Below are positions 46,610-55,094 of a stretch of DNA of 64,000 nt, piece after piece. The DNA lies in assembly GCA_028712475.1 (NCBI GenBank), contig JAQTQB010000001.1, forward strand, positions 458,180 through 522,179, read 5' to 3'. The notes below the pieces were generated by a model. It was not told the origin of the DNA. It searched no databases and worked only from the letters and a program-made list of their open reading frames with translations. The position numbers and the translations under genes were made by a program. The DNA comes from Verrucomicrobiales bacterium (GTDB lineage: Bacteria; Verrucomicrobiota; Verrucomicrobiia; Limisphaerales; UBA11358). Numbering within the stretch: position 1 is the first letter of the stretch; every line of letters begins with the position of its first letter.

Positions 46610-47908
46610 TCACTTCTGCCACGGCGCGATTTTCTCGTCTGCCCAAATGCTTTTTACCGGCTGACGTTCGCGCACGGCGGCGAATTTTTTGCCGTTCACC
46701 AAAACTTCCGTCGGCAGCGGACGCGCGTTGTAGTTTGAACCCATGACCGAGCCGTAAGCTCCCGCGCTCAACAGAGCGATGGCGTCGCCTTCACCAAGTT
46801 TCGGCAGCGGGCGGTCCTTGCAGAAATAATCGCCGGATTCGCAGATTGGCCCCACGACATCCGACGAAATCTTTGCACCGCCTTTTCGCGTGAGCGGAAC
46901 AATTTCGTGGTAAGCATCGTAAAATGCGGGACGGATGAGATCGTTCATCGCCGCATCAACGATGAGGAAATTCTTTCTGCCCGTGCGTTTCACGTATTCG
47001 ACGCGCGTGACGAGGATGCCCGCGTTGCCGGAGATGAAGCGTCCGGGTTCGAGCAGGATCTTCAAACCAAGCGGCTTGAGCAACGGCACAAGGCGCGCGG
47101 CGTATTTTGCAGGCGTCAGCACGTTTTTAGCTGCCGCCGATTTCCACCAGTCCGCCGTGCCGCTGGCGAGCGCCGGTTCGTAAACGATGCCCAGCCCGCC
47201 GCCGATGCTGAAAAATTCCAGCGCGTATTTTTCCTTCAGCTTCGTGACCAGCGGAAGGACTTTGCGGATCGCCTGTTCAAACGGCGACACGGTGGTGAGC
47301 TGGGAGCCGATGTGCATCTGCACGCCGTGCAGCCGCAGGTTTTTCAACTTGCTGGCGCGGGCATACACGCCCTCGATGTTCTCAAATGCAATGCCGAATT
47401 TGTTTTCGTAGGTGCCGGTGGTGATCTTGGCGTGCGTGTGCGCTTCAATGTTCGGATTCACGCGCACGGCGATGGGCGCGATTTTTTTCAGGCGCGCGGC
47501 CACCTTGTTAATGCGCTGCAATTCCGGTTCGCTCTCGACGTTGAAGCAATAAATCCCTTTGCGCAGCGCGAATTCAATCTCTGTCTCGGTTTTTCCCACG
47601 CCGGCAAAGACGCATTTGCGCGGGTCGCCGCCCGCCGCGATGACGCGCTGCAATTCGCCGCCGCTCACGATGTCGAAGCCGCCGCCTAAGCTGGCGATTG
47701 TTCGCAGCACGGCGAGGTTCGAATTCGACTTCATCGCGAAGCAGACCAGATGATCCAGCGGCGCGAGGGACTGGTCCAGTTTCTGAAAATGATTCGTCAG
47801 CGTGCGCTGCGAATAGACGAACAGCGGCGTGCCGAACTTTTTGGCGAGCGTTTCAATGGCGACACCTTCGCAAAATAATTTATCACCGATGTAACGAAAA
47901 TCATGCAT
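46610..47908 (-). CDS. lysA: Diaminopimelate decarboxylase
   Basis: FGTPLFVYSQRTL, the PLP-Lys region FAMKSNSN, and a CESGD motif. Confidence 0.95.
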   Translation of the reverse strand: MHDFRYIGDKLFCEGVAIETLAKKFGTPLFVYSQRTLTNHFQKLDQSLAPLDHLVCFAMKSNSNLAVLRTIASLGGGFDIVSGGELQRVIAAGGDPRKCVFAGVGKTETEIEFALRKGIYCFNVESEPELQRINKVAARLKKIAPIAVRVNPNIEAHTHAKITTGTYENKFGIAFENIEGVYARASKLKNLRLHGVQMHIGSQLTTVSPFEQAIRKVLPLVTKLKEKYALEFFSIGGGLGIVYEPALASGTADWWKSAAAKNVLTPAKYAARLVPLLKPLGLKILLEPGRFISGNAGILVTRVEYVKRTGRKNFLIVDAAMNDLIRPAFYDAYHEIVPLTRKGGAKISSDVVGPICESGDYFCKDRPLPKLGEGDAIALLSAGAYGSVMGSNYNARPLPTEVLVNGKKFAAVRERQPVKSIWADEKIAPWQK

Positions 47909-47950
47909 GGGAGAGGAGTTTAGGGTTCAACGGGCAAAGTTCAAGTTTGG

Positions 47951-47987
47951 GAAATGAAAAACCCGCCGGAGTTCGACGTCCGGCGGG
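47951..47987 (-). terminator. Rho-independent terminator after the SHOCT-like gene
   Basis: On the minus strand: CCCGCCGGA-cgtcgaac-TCCGGCGGG, followed by TTTTTCATTTC. Confidence 0.7.
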
Positions 47988-48008
47988 CAAAGGAAAAAGG
48001 TTTTTACC

Positions 48009-48476
48009 TCACGGCTCGGCCAGGATCGCTGCACGCCGCGTATGATATTGCTCCGGCGTGATCTGGTCGGCCTTGTAAAGCATGAGCAATGCCTGAAGCC
48101 GTTGTTCCTTGGTCATCGAAATCGGCAGGGCGGGCGCGACGATCGGAACCGGGCCGGGAATAGTCACAGCGGGCGGCTTGGGCGCCGGGTGGGCGGCGAC
48201 AGCATTAGTGTTCAATATTATCACTACTGGCGCGGCGGCGGCGGGAGCGGCAGGCACGGCTGGTTTTACTGCGGGCGCGACGGGAGCAGCAGGTGCTGCG
48301 GGTGTGGTCGGCGCGGCGGGCGGCGTTTGTGGAGCCGGCGCTTCCGGCTGGCCCATCTGTTTCATCAACGCCTCGCGGGCGGCGGCCTGGGCCGGGTTGT
48401 CCTGCGCGCGGACGGAAACAAAACTCACACAAAAGGCAAATACGCACACGGCGGCCACCAGTTTGGAAATCTTCAT
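48009..48476 (-). CDS. Secreted Ala/Pro-rich protein with a SHOCT-like C-terminus
   Basis: Signal peptide MKISKLVAAVCVFAFCVSFVSVRA, a PAAP low-complexity region, and the end ..KEQRLQALLMLYKADQITPEQYHTRRAAIL. Confidence 0.6.
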   Translation of the reverse strand: MKISKLVAAVCVFAFCVSFVSVRAQDNPAQAAAREALMKQMGQPEAPAPQTPPAAPTTPAAPAAPVAPAVKPAVPAAPAAAAPVVIILNTNAVAAHPAPKPPAVTIPGPVPIVAPALPISMTKEQRLQALLMLYKADQITPEQYHTRRAAILAEP

Positions 48477-48485
48477 GCCACTTTT

Positions 48486-49535
48486 TTACGCCAACTTCGC
48501 GCCCGACGCAACAGCTTTCCGGCCTGCGGGGAACTGATTCCGCCACACACCCGGCAGCGGATAGCTCGCCAGCGACCGCAATAAAACCCCCCGCACCTCC
48601 CCGCGCGACACCTTCACGCGCTGCCGCAATTCAATCACATTCACCGCGCGCAGCTTCTCAATCGTCCGCACGCCGATGAGAATCGGCCATGCGCAGGCGA
48701 GCCGCACCCGCACCTGGCCGAACGGCAGGGTGTTTGTATAATTCCAGCCTGCGGCGAGATGCGCCTCCGCCTTGTCCAGATATTCGTGATAGAGCGGCAG
48801 GAACTTCGCCTCGTTCACGGGCGACAGCAAAGTTTCCGGGAACAGCCTCGCTTCCGACAACTTTTCGGCCGGCAGATAACAACGGCCATTTTTCAGATCC
48901 GCCGGCAGATCGCGCAAAATGTTCACGAGCTGCAATCCTTTGCCGAAACGGATACCGTCCGCGATCAATTGCGTTTCGTCCAATCGCGCCTTCGGAAACA
49001 GATGCGCGCGGCAGATTTTCGTCCAGAACCCGCCCACGCAGCCGGCCACGCGATAGGTGTAATCGTCCAGCTCCGCCGGCGTTTGCAGCGCGATGATTTG
49101 ACCGGTGGGGCGGGCCTCCGGCGGACCCAAACCGCCAAACCGCCGCAAGTCCAGTTCCTGCCCGCTCGTGATGGTGGTGAGGACTTCGCGCACCAGTTTT
49201 AAATCGGCGGGCGAAAGCGTTTGCAGCAGCGCCAGGCTGTCCTCGGTCTTTTCCAGCAACATTTTTTCCGCAGGCGAACCTTGATGCTGTGCGAGATCCC
49301 GGAAATTCACCGGCTCGCTCCGCGAACCCAGAATGCGCTCGCGCAAAATTTGCAGCGCGTGGATGCGTTGGGCGGGCGGGACGAGCTCCGTGTCGGCGAT
49401 GGTGTCGGTCGTGCGCGCGAGCAGATACGCCAAGCCGATCTGCGGGCGCACGCGCGCGGGCAGCACTCGCAGCGTCAGGTAAAACGAACGCGACGTCGCC
49501 TTGAGCAGATCATTCAACGATTTTGACATTCGCAT
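48486..49535 (-). CDS. Squalene/phytoene synthase family enzyme (squalene synthase-like)
   Basis: SRSFYLTLRVLPARVRPQIGLAYLLARTTDTIAD, YTYRVAGCVGGFW and LQLVNILRDLPADLKNGRCYLP. The start is taken at MRMSK (49535); the longer ORF would read through REP hairpins. Confidence 0.8.
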   Translation of the reverse strand: MRMSKSLNDLLKATSRSFYLTLRVLPARVRPQIGLAYLLARTTDTIADTELVPPAQRIHALQILRERILGSRSEPVNFRDLAQHQGSPAEKMLLEKTEDSLALLQTLSPADLKLVREVLTTITSGQELDLRRFGGLGPPEARPTGQIIALQTPAELDDYTYRVAGCVGGFWTKICRAHLFPKARLDETQLIADGIRFGKGLQLVNILRDLPADLKNGRCYLPAEKLSEARLFPETLLSPVNEAKFLPLYHEYLDKAEAHLAAGWNYTNTLPFGQVRVRLACAWPILIGVRTIEKLRAVNVIELRQRVKVSRGEVRGVLLRSLASYPLPGVWRNQFPAGRKAVASGAKLA

Positions 49536-49542
49536 TTTTATT

Positions 49543-49630
49543 GTCCTGAAGGGACTTTGGATACTAGCCAGCCACAAAGTGGCTGGTAACTGAATAAAAA
49601 ACAAATTTGTCCCGCAAGGGACGATGGAAA
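49543..49630. repeat. REP hairpin cluster 3' of the RAYT gene
   Basis: GTCC-tgaag-GGAC, cTAG-CCAGCCAC-AAA-GTGGCTGG (49568-49586), then ACAAATTT-GTCCC-gcaa-GGGAC-GATGGA. Confidence 0.8.
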
Positions 49631-49633
49631 ATA

Positions 49634-50080
49634 TCACCACAAATGTTTTTCATCGTATTCAACAAGATGTTTCTGGAGAAATGTCACATATTCCTCCTGA
49701 AATGTTTTTGTCCGGTGATGCTTGGCCTGGTTGGCGATGTATTCCTTCACCGCCTCGCAATTGGAAACGCTGACCGTGAACGCGCCATAACCCGGTTGCC
49801 ATGCAAAATTTTTCACGCCGATGGTTTCATGAATCCAGCGCGACGAGGTTTGCTTGATGTCTTGCACGAACGACGCAAGCGCGTGCGTTGCACGCAAACC
49901 AACCAGCAAATGAACATGATCAGCCGTGCCACCGATGATTTCGGGAATTCCGTCCGCCGCCCGCACCAAGCCGCCGAGGTATTCATGCAATCGTCCGCGC
50001 CAGTCATCAGCGATGAACGGATGCCGGTCTTTCGTGCTGAACACGATGTGAAAATGCAGGCTTAAATGCGTGGATGGCAT
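49634..50080 (-). CDS. REP-associated tyrosine transposase (RAYT, IS200/IS605 Y1 TnpA-like)
   Basis: 148 aa. LHFHIVFSTKDR, an HUH motif ADHVHLLVG, and a catalytic-Tyr region VKEYIANQAKHH. Flanked on both sides by related hairpin repeats. Confidence 0.9.
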   Translation of the reverse strand: MPSTHLSLHFHIVFSTKDRHPFIADDWRGRLHEYLGGLVRAADGIPEIIGGTADHVHLLVGLRATHALASFVQDIKQTSSRWIHETIGVKNFAWQPGYGAFTVSVSNCEAVKEYIANQAKHHRTKTFQEEYVTFLQKHLVEYDEKHLW

Positions 50081-50303
50081 ACAAATTTATCCGGCAAAGT
50101 TTTGTCGCGGAGCGACAATGGAGATTAGCCAGACACAAAGTGTCTGGATTCGGCACGCAAATTGATTCGTCCTGAAAGGACGATGGAATTTCCGATAGAC
50201 AATCATCATTCAAATGTTTCCGCCGTCCTTTCAGGACGGGTTTTCTTTTGCCGCGACACCAGACACTTCGTGTCTGGCTAATTTCCGGTTGTGCCTTCGG
50301 CAC
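50081..50303. repeat. REP hairpins forming a REPIN-like large palindrome 5' of the RAYT gene
   Basis: tTAG-CCAGACAC-AAA-GTGTCTGG (50129-50147) and its inverted partner CCAGACAC-TTC-GTGTCTGG-CTAa (50259-50277). GTCCTGAAAGGAC (50169) pairs with GTCCTTTCAGGAC (50225). A GTGCC-ttc-GGCAC hairpin lies at 50291. Confidence 0.8.
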
Positions 50304-50306
50304 GAT

Positions 50307-50969
50307 TCAATGACCATATAAACCAAACCAGACAACCAAAGCCGCAATCACCAGCAGAAAAATTATTACTGAACGACGTTGCTCTCGGCATTTTTTGAGA
50401 GACTCAAACGAATATTTACAGAATAGATTTGGAAAAAAGAAAGATTTCTGCCCATCGCTTGGTCCTTGTTTGGGCTGTCCTCTCGGACAGGATTCGTCGT
50501 ATGGCAGATCCAAATGTGTGTATATCTTTTGCCAAAATAATGGGTCTTGGTAATTCAAAGTCCAACAGAACGAATTAAAGGAGAGGGGTGTTTCTTCCTT
50601 TTCCAGTTCCTTTTCCTCATCAGCGTTATTCTTTTGGTTGTGAATTATTTCCAGCATCACACGCTGACGTTCAGGAGTGTTGTCGGTGAATCGAGCAAGT
50701 AGTTCAAACTGTTCGTCTGGCACTACCATCATATCGAGGGATGCAATCAAGGCGCCTGCCGAGTCAGCAAGTTTTGCACACTCTGTTTTCAATTCCTGGT
50801 CATCGCCAGCAATTTGTCGTCGTCCGGCTATAACCAGAGCGAAAGCCCGCGATATTTCTAAAAAAGAATGGCCACAAAGTTTTGATCTGGCGCAGAAATT
50901 ATTGCGCGGTTTTGACGCAAAAGCATCGGTGGCAATTTCTGCAATCTTATGCGCCTGATCCAATGTCAT
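50307..50969 (-). CDS. Orphan hypothetical protein with a C-terminal TM anchor, in a low-GC patch
   Basis: 220 aa with no recognisable motif. The tail VIIFLLVIAALVVWFGLYG is hydrophobic. Local composition is visibly AT-richer than the flanks. Confidence 0.45.
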   Translation of the reverse strand: MTLDQAHKIAEIATDAFASKPRNNFCARSKLCGHSFLEISRAFALVIAGRRQIAGDDQELKTECAKLADSAGALIASLDMMVVPDEQFELLARFTDNTPERQRVMLEIIHNQKNNADEEKELEKEETPLSFNSFCWTLNYQDPLFWQKIYTHLDLPYDESCPRGQPKQGPSDGQKSFFFPNLFCKYSFESLKKCREQRRSVIIFLLVIAALVVWFGLYGH

Positions 50970-50995
50970 AAACTACCCTGATATTTATTGTAGCT

Positions 50996-52396
50996 TTACG
51001 AAAGCTGTTCCCGCCAGCGCGCCAGTTGATTCGCGACTTCCTTCGTGCCAGGTGCGCCGGTCAGGTTCCGTTTCGCCATCGCGGTTTTCAGATTGAACAC
51101 GCCCAGCGCGTCGCGGCCAAAGGTTTTGCCTATGGTTTGCAGTTCCGCGAGCGTGAGTTGGTTCAGCGGTTTGCCGGTCTTTTCCGCCAGCGCCACAACC
51201 GCGCCGACGACGTGATGCGCAGGGCGGAACGCCATGCCTTTGCGCACGAGATAATCCGCGAGGTCGGTCGCCAGCAACGCCGGGTCGCTCGCGGCGGCGG
51301 CGCAGGCGGTGCGATTGATCTTCGTGTTTTGCAACATTGCGGCCATGAGCCGCGTCGAGGCGCGCACGGTGTCGGCGGTGTCAAAGAGCCGTTCCTTGTC
51401 CTCCTGCAGATCGCGGTTGTAGGTCATCGGCAATCCTTTCAGCAGCGTGAGCAGCGACATCAGGTTGCCGACGACGCGGCCGGTCTTGCCACGCGCGAGT
51501 TCGGCGATGTCGGGATTTTTCTTCTGCGGCATGAGCGACGAGCCGGTGGTGTAGGCGTCAGCGATCTTGATGTAATTGAATTCCGCGCTGACCCAAAGGA
51601 TGACGTCCTCCGCGAGCCGCGAGATATGCACGGCGAGCAATGCGGCGGCGGCGGCGAATTCGACCATGAAATCGCGGTCGCTCACGGCGTCCATGGAATT
51701 TTGCGTCAATTGAACCTTACCGTTCGCGTCAACGAAATTGAGCAGCTTCGCGACGAGTTCGCGTTTCAACGGCAAGGTCGAACCAGCTATCGCGCCGCTG
51801 CCGAGCGGGCAGACGTTCACGCGCGAGTGGCAGTCCCAGAGGCGCTCGCAATCGCGTTCCAGCATCTCGACGTAGGCGAGCAGATGGTGCGCGAGATAGA
51901 CGGGCTGCGCGCGTTGCATGTGGGTGTAGCCGGGGATGAGCACGTCGGCATTTTTCTCGCCGAGGGATACGAGGGCGCGTTGCAATCCGGCGATTTCGCC
52001 GAGGAGGAAAGTGATTTCATCGCGCAGCCAGAGCCGCATGTCGAGCGCGACCTGATCGTTGCGCGAGCGGCCGGTGTGCAATTTCGCGCCGGCGGGAACG
52101 CGTTTGGTCAGCTCGGCCTCGATGTTCATGTGGACGTCTTCGAGTTCGGGCTTCCACTTGAATTTGCCGGCGGCGATTTCCTTGCCGATGGCGTCGAGGC
52201 CTTTGGTGATGGCGCTCAATTCATTTCGTTTCAGCACGCCGATTTTTTGCAGCATGGTGGCGTGGGCGATGGAGCCTTGGATGTCGTGCCGCCACAACCG
52301 CCAGTCGAAGGAGATGGACTCGGTGAATTGCGCGACATCGGCTGCGGGGCCACCGGTGAAGCGTCCGCTGCGGGAGACGGGAGATTTGGTCTTCAT
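50996..52396 (-). CDS. argH: Argininosuccinate lyase
   Basis: GRFTGGPAADVAQFTESISFDWRLW, HTGRSRNDQV and GSSLMPQKKNPD signatures. The start is at MKTKSPV (52396); the upstream 62 codons of the ORF are not homologous. Confidence 0.95.
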   Translation of the reverse strand: MKTKSPVSRSGRFTGGPAADVAQFTESISFDWRLWRHDIQGSIAHATMLQKIGVLKRNELSAITKGLDAIGKEIAAGKFKWKPELEDVHMNIEAELTKRVPAGAKLHTGRSRNDQVALDMRLWLRDEITFLLGEIAGLQRALVSLGEKNADVLIPGYTHMQRAQPVYLAHHLLAYVEMLERDCERLWDCHSRVNVCPLGSGAIAGSTLPLKRELVAKLLNFVDANGKVQLTQNSMDAVSDRDFMVEFAAAAALLAVHISRLAEDVILWVSAEFNYIKIADAYTTGSSLMPQKKNPDIAELARGKTGRVVGNLMSLLTLLKGLPMTYNRDLQEDKERLFDTADTVRASTRLMAAMLQNTKINRTACAAAASDPALLATDLADYLVRKGMAFRPAHHVVGAVVALAEKTGKPLNQLTLAELQTIGKTFGRDALGVFNLKTAMAKRNLTGAPGTKEVANQLARWREQLS

Positions 52397-52413
52397 AAGC
52401 CGGCTTGTTTTTA

Positions 52414-52473
52414 ACGCAAAGACGCAAGAACGCAAAGGCATTTCATCCGCGTCTTCGCACCTTTGCGCCTTGC
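52414..52473. repeat. Imperfect palindrome built from tandem ACGCAA(A)G units in the argH leader
   Basis: ACGCAAAG ACGCAAG AACGCAAAG - spacer - GCGTCTTCGC..CTTTGCGCCTTGC, read directly. Confidence 0.55.
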
Positions 52474-52540
52474 ATAAAAAAATTCCGCGAAAAACCGCAT
52501 TGCCGTCGGCGCGCGGATGTGAAATGTTTCCGCCGCTGCC

Positions 52541-53530
52541 ATGAGCGAATACACATATGCCTGTCCGGTGTGCGGCCAGCACATGCGGTGCGATTCGTCG
52601 CAGGCCGGCACGGTGATGGAATGCCCGACGTGCTTCCAGAAAATCACTGCGCCCCAGGCTCCCGCATCGGAGGACCAGAAATTCATCCTGGCCGGGCAGA
52701 AATACGTTGAGGGTAAAATCCCCACGTCAGTCTTCAACGCCGCCGCCCAAGCAAAGGCTCCGGCGGGGGAAAAATTCTCAATCTGGATCATCGTTGTCAT
52801 CATTGCGGTTCTGGCGGCAGGCGGCGGCATTTATTATTTCTACGGCGAAAAATCTTTCAGTGGGAAACCCTCCGGCGAAAAACCTTCCAGCGGAACACCT
52901 GCGCGCCTCGTATTGGCAGCGGGCTGGCAGGCGGGCGACATCGGCAATGTCGGCGCAGACGGATCGTTCAGCCAGGCAGACGGAGTGTTAACCATCAGCG
53001 GCTCTGGTGCAAACATCTGGCATCAAGCCGATGGTTTTTATTATGTCTTTCAGACGCTGAACGGCGACGGCTCGCTCGTGGCCCATGTGCTGAACATTCA
53101 AAACACGCATGAGTGGGCCAAGACCGGCGTGATGATCCGGGAAACTACCAATGCCAGTTCGGAGTTCGCCCTGTCCTCCATACGTTCCGACGGCCAGGCG
53201 CAATTTATTTGGCGCAACGTCACGGGAGCAGATGCGGCAGCATCCAGGCTGGCTGGCGGCACGGGCTGTCCAAAGTGGCTGAAGATAGTGCGGAGCGGCA
53301 AAACCTTTGGAGCGTATTACAAGGTGAATGCCGGGGATGAATGGATGCAGGTTGGGACGACGCAGACGATCAGCATGGCACCAAGCACGCAGGTCGGCCT
53401 CATCGTGTGTTCGCACAATGCCGGAACCTTGTGCCAGGCACAATTTGACCAGGTGACTTTGCAAACCAACCTTGATGCCAGCCCGGCGGCGGCACCCGCT
53501 GTTCCGAAACCGCCGCAGCCGAAGCAATAA
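52541..53530 (+). CDS. Zinc-ribbon / TM / DUF1349-like (ConA-type jelly-roll) protein
   Basis: YACPVCGQHMRCDS...MECPTCFQKI, then a TM segment IWIIVVIIAVLAAGGGIYYF, then GVLTISGSGANIWHQADGFYYVFQTLNGDGSLVAHV...WAKTGVMIRE. Confidence 0.65.
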   Translation: MSEYTYACPVCGQHMRCDSSQAGTVMECPTCFQKITAPQAPASEDQKFILAGQKYVEGKIPTSVFNAAAQAKAPAGEKFSIWIIVVIIAVLAAGGGIYYFYGEKSFSGKPSGEKPSSGTPARLVLAAGWQAGDIGNVGADGSFSQADGVLTISGSGANIWHQADGFYYVFQTLNGDGSLVAHVLNIQNTHEWAKTGVMIRETTNASSEFALSSIRSDGQAQFIWRNVTGADAAASRLAGGTGCPKWLKIVRSGKTFGAYYKVNAGDEWMQVGTTQTISMAPSTQVGLIVCSHNAGTLCQAQFDQVTLQTNLDASPAAAPAVPKPPQPKQ

Positions 53531-53713
53531 GACCCCAGGCACAAACGCCCGGCTTCCAAAGAAGCTCCCAACTTCAACTTCCAGATGAAAATGCGTGGCA
53601 ACTCCTTGAGACGTGGTTATTAAAAGTTGTCTGGAGCTTGGATGCCGGAGGCTGGAATTTTCCACGGTGAAATCGTGCTTGTGGGAAGGCTGTCGTTCCC
53701 AAACCATTTCCGC

Positions 53714-55039
53714 GTGAACGTCGAACTCATCAACACCGGCAGCGAGCTTTTGCTGGGCCGCGTTTTGAACACGCACCAGCAATGGCTTTGCCGACGCTTC
53801 GCTGACCTCGGCCATGTCGTCTCGCGGCAAGTCGCCGTGCCGGACACGGCGCACGAAATCCAGCAATCCGTCCGCGAGGCTCTGGGCCGCGCAGACCTGG
53901 TGATTGTCACCGGCGGACTCGGCCCGACTTCCGACGACGTGACGCGTGACTTGATCGCGCGATTGCTCGGCAGAAAATTATTGCGCGACGAAGCGGTTTT
54001 CGCGCACATCAAAAATTATTTCGCCGCGCGCAACCGCCCGATGCCCGAGAACAACGACGTGCAGGCGATGGTGCCGGAGGGAGCCATCGTTTTGCCCAAT
54101 CCAAATGGAACGGCACCGGGGCTGGCGATGCGTGCGGAAAGAAACGAAGATGGAGGATGGAGGATGGAGGATGGAGGAAAACCGTCGGTTCCATCTTCCA
54201 TCCTCCATCCTCCATCCTCGCACTCCGGCGCATGGCTCATCATGCTGCCCGGCCCGCCGCGCGAGCTGCGCCCGATGTTTGACGATGCCGTGGTGCCGCT
54301 GCTGCAACGGGAATTTCCAGCGGCGATGCCGTTCGTCTGCCGCACGTTGCGGACGGGAGGCATCGGCGAATCGGCGATTCAGGAAAAAATCAAAGCACCG
54401 CTGGCTGCGCTCGTGGCTGCGGGTCTGGAGGTCGGCTACTGCGCGCGGGTCGGGCAAGTGGACGTGCGGCTGACGGCGCGCTGTGCAGGTGCGGAAAAAA
54501 TTGTGAGCGAGGCGGAAGCGGTCGTGCAAAAAATCCTCGGCACGAACATTTATGGTTTTGACGACGAGGAAATCGAGATGGTCGTCGTCCGGCTGTTGAC
54601 GGAGCGCAAAAAAACCCTGGCGCTGGCGGAATCCTGCACGGGCGGCGGCATCGCCAGCCGCGTGACAAATGTGCCGGGAGCGTCGGCAGTTTTTCTGGGC
54701 GGGTTCGTGACTTACAGCAACGCGTCGAAGGAAAAATTTCCGGGCGTCCGCGCGGAAACACTGGCCGGCCACGGTGCGGTGAGCGAAGCGGTGGCGCGGG
54801 AAATGGCCGCAGGCACGCGGGAAAAGTTCGGTGCGGATTTTGCCATTGCCGTCACAGGCATCGCGGGGCCGGGCGGCGGCACGGCGGACAAGCCGGTGGG
54901 AACGGTTTTCATCGCACTGGCGGGAGAATGCGGCACGGTGGTTGAACACCGGCTCAACGCTTATGAGCGCGAGGTGTTCAAGGAATTGACGTCGCAGCAG
55001 GCGTTGGAAATGTTGCGGCATCGGCTGGTTTCTGCTTGA
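53714..55039 (+). CDS. cinA: CinA family protein (MoCF-binding domain plus nicotinamide-nucleotide amidase PncC domain)
   Basis: VELINTGSELLLGRVLNTH, VIVTGGLGPTSDD, LPGPPREL, and C-terminal LALAESCTGGGIASR..GVSEAVAREMA. The start is uncertain (GTG at 53714 or ATG at 53642). Confidence 0.85.
   Translation: MNVELINTGSELLLGRVLNTHQQWLCRRFADLGHVVSRQVAVPDTAHEIQQSVREALGRADLVIVTGGLGPTSDDVTRDLIARLLGRKLLRDEAVFAHIKNYFAARNRPMPENNDVQAMVPEGAIVLPNPNGTAPGLAMRAERNEDGGWRMEDGGKPSVPSSILHPPSSHSGAWLIMLPGPPRELRPMFDDAVVPLLQREFPAAMPFVCRTLRTGGIGESAIQEKIKAPLAALVAAGLEVGYCARVGQVDVRLTARCAGAEKIVSEAEAVVQKILGTNIYGFDDEEIEMVVVRLLTERKKTLALAESCTGGGIASRVTNVPGASAVFLGGFVTYSNASKEKFPGVRAETLAGHGAVSEAVAREMAAGTREKFGADFAIAVTGIAGPGGGTADKPVGTVFIALAGECGTVVEHRLNAYEREVFKELTSQQALEMLRHRLVSA
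54149..54218. repeat. Palindrome of heptamer arrays: (GATGGAG)x4 - 14 nt - CCATCTT (CCATCCT)x3, in-frame inside cinA
   Basis: Read directly. 28-nt arms, complementary with one mismatch. Translated as EDGGWRMEDGGKPSVPSSILHPPSS. Confidence 0.9.
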
Positions 55040-55094
55040 GGGCAAAAAACTTTCGCGTAGAGTGGCACAGGTTAAGTTAAAAACTTTTTACAAA

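Noticed and set aside
48486-49640. Full-length 384-aa version of the squalene-synthase-like ORF. The N-terminal extensions of argH (to 52582), rfbF (to 6560), yyaL (from 37424) and the epimerase (from 18240) raise the same question.
   Set aside because: The extra N-terminal codons are non-homologous, read through REP hairpins or neighbouring features, or start at TTG/GTG. Internal ATG starts give family-typical N-termini.
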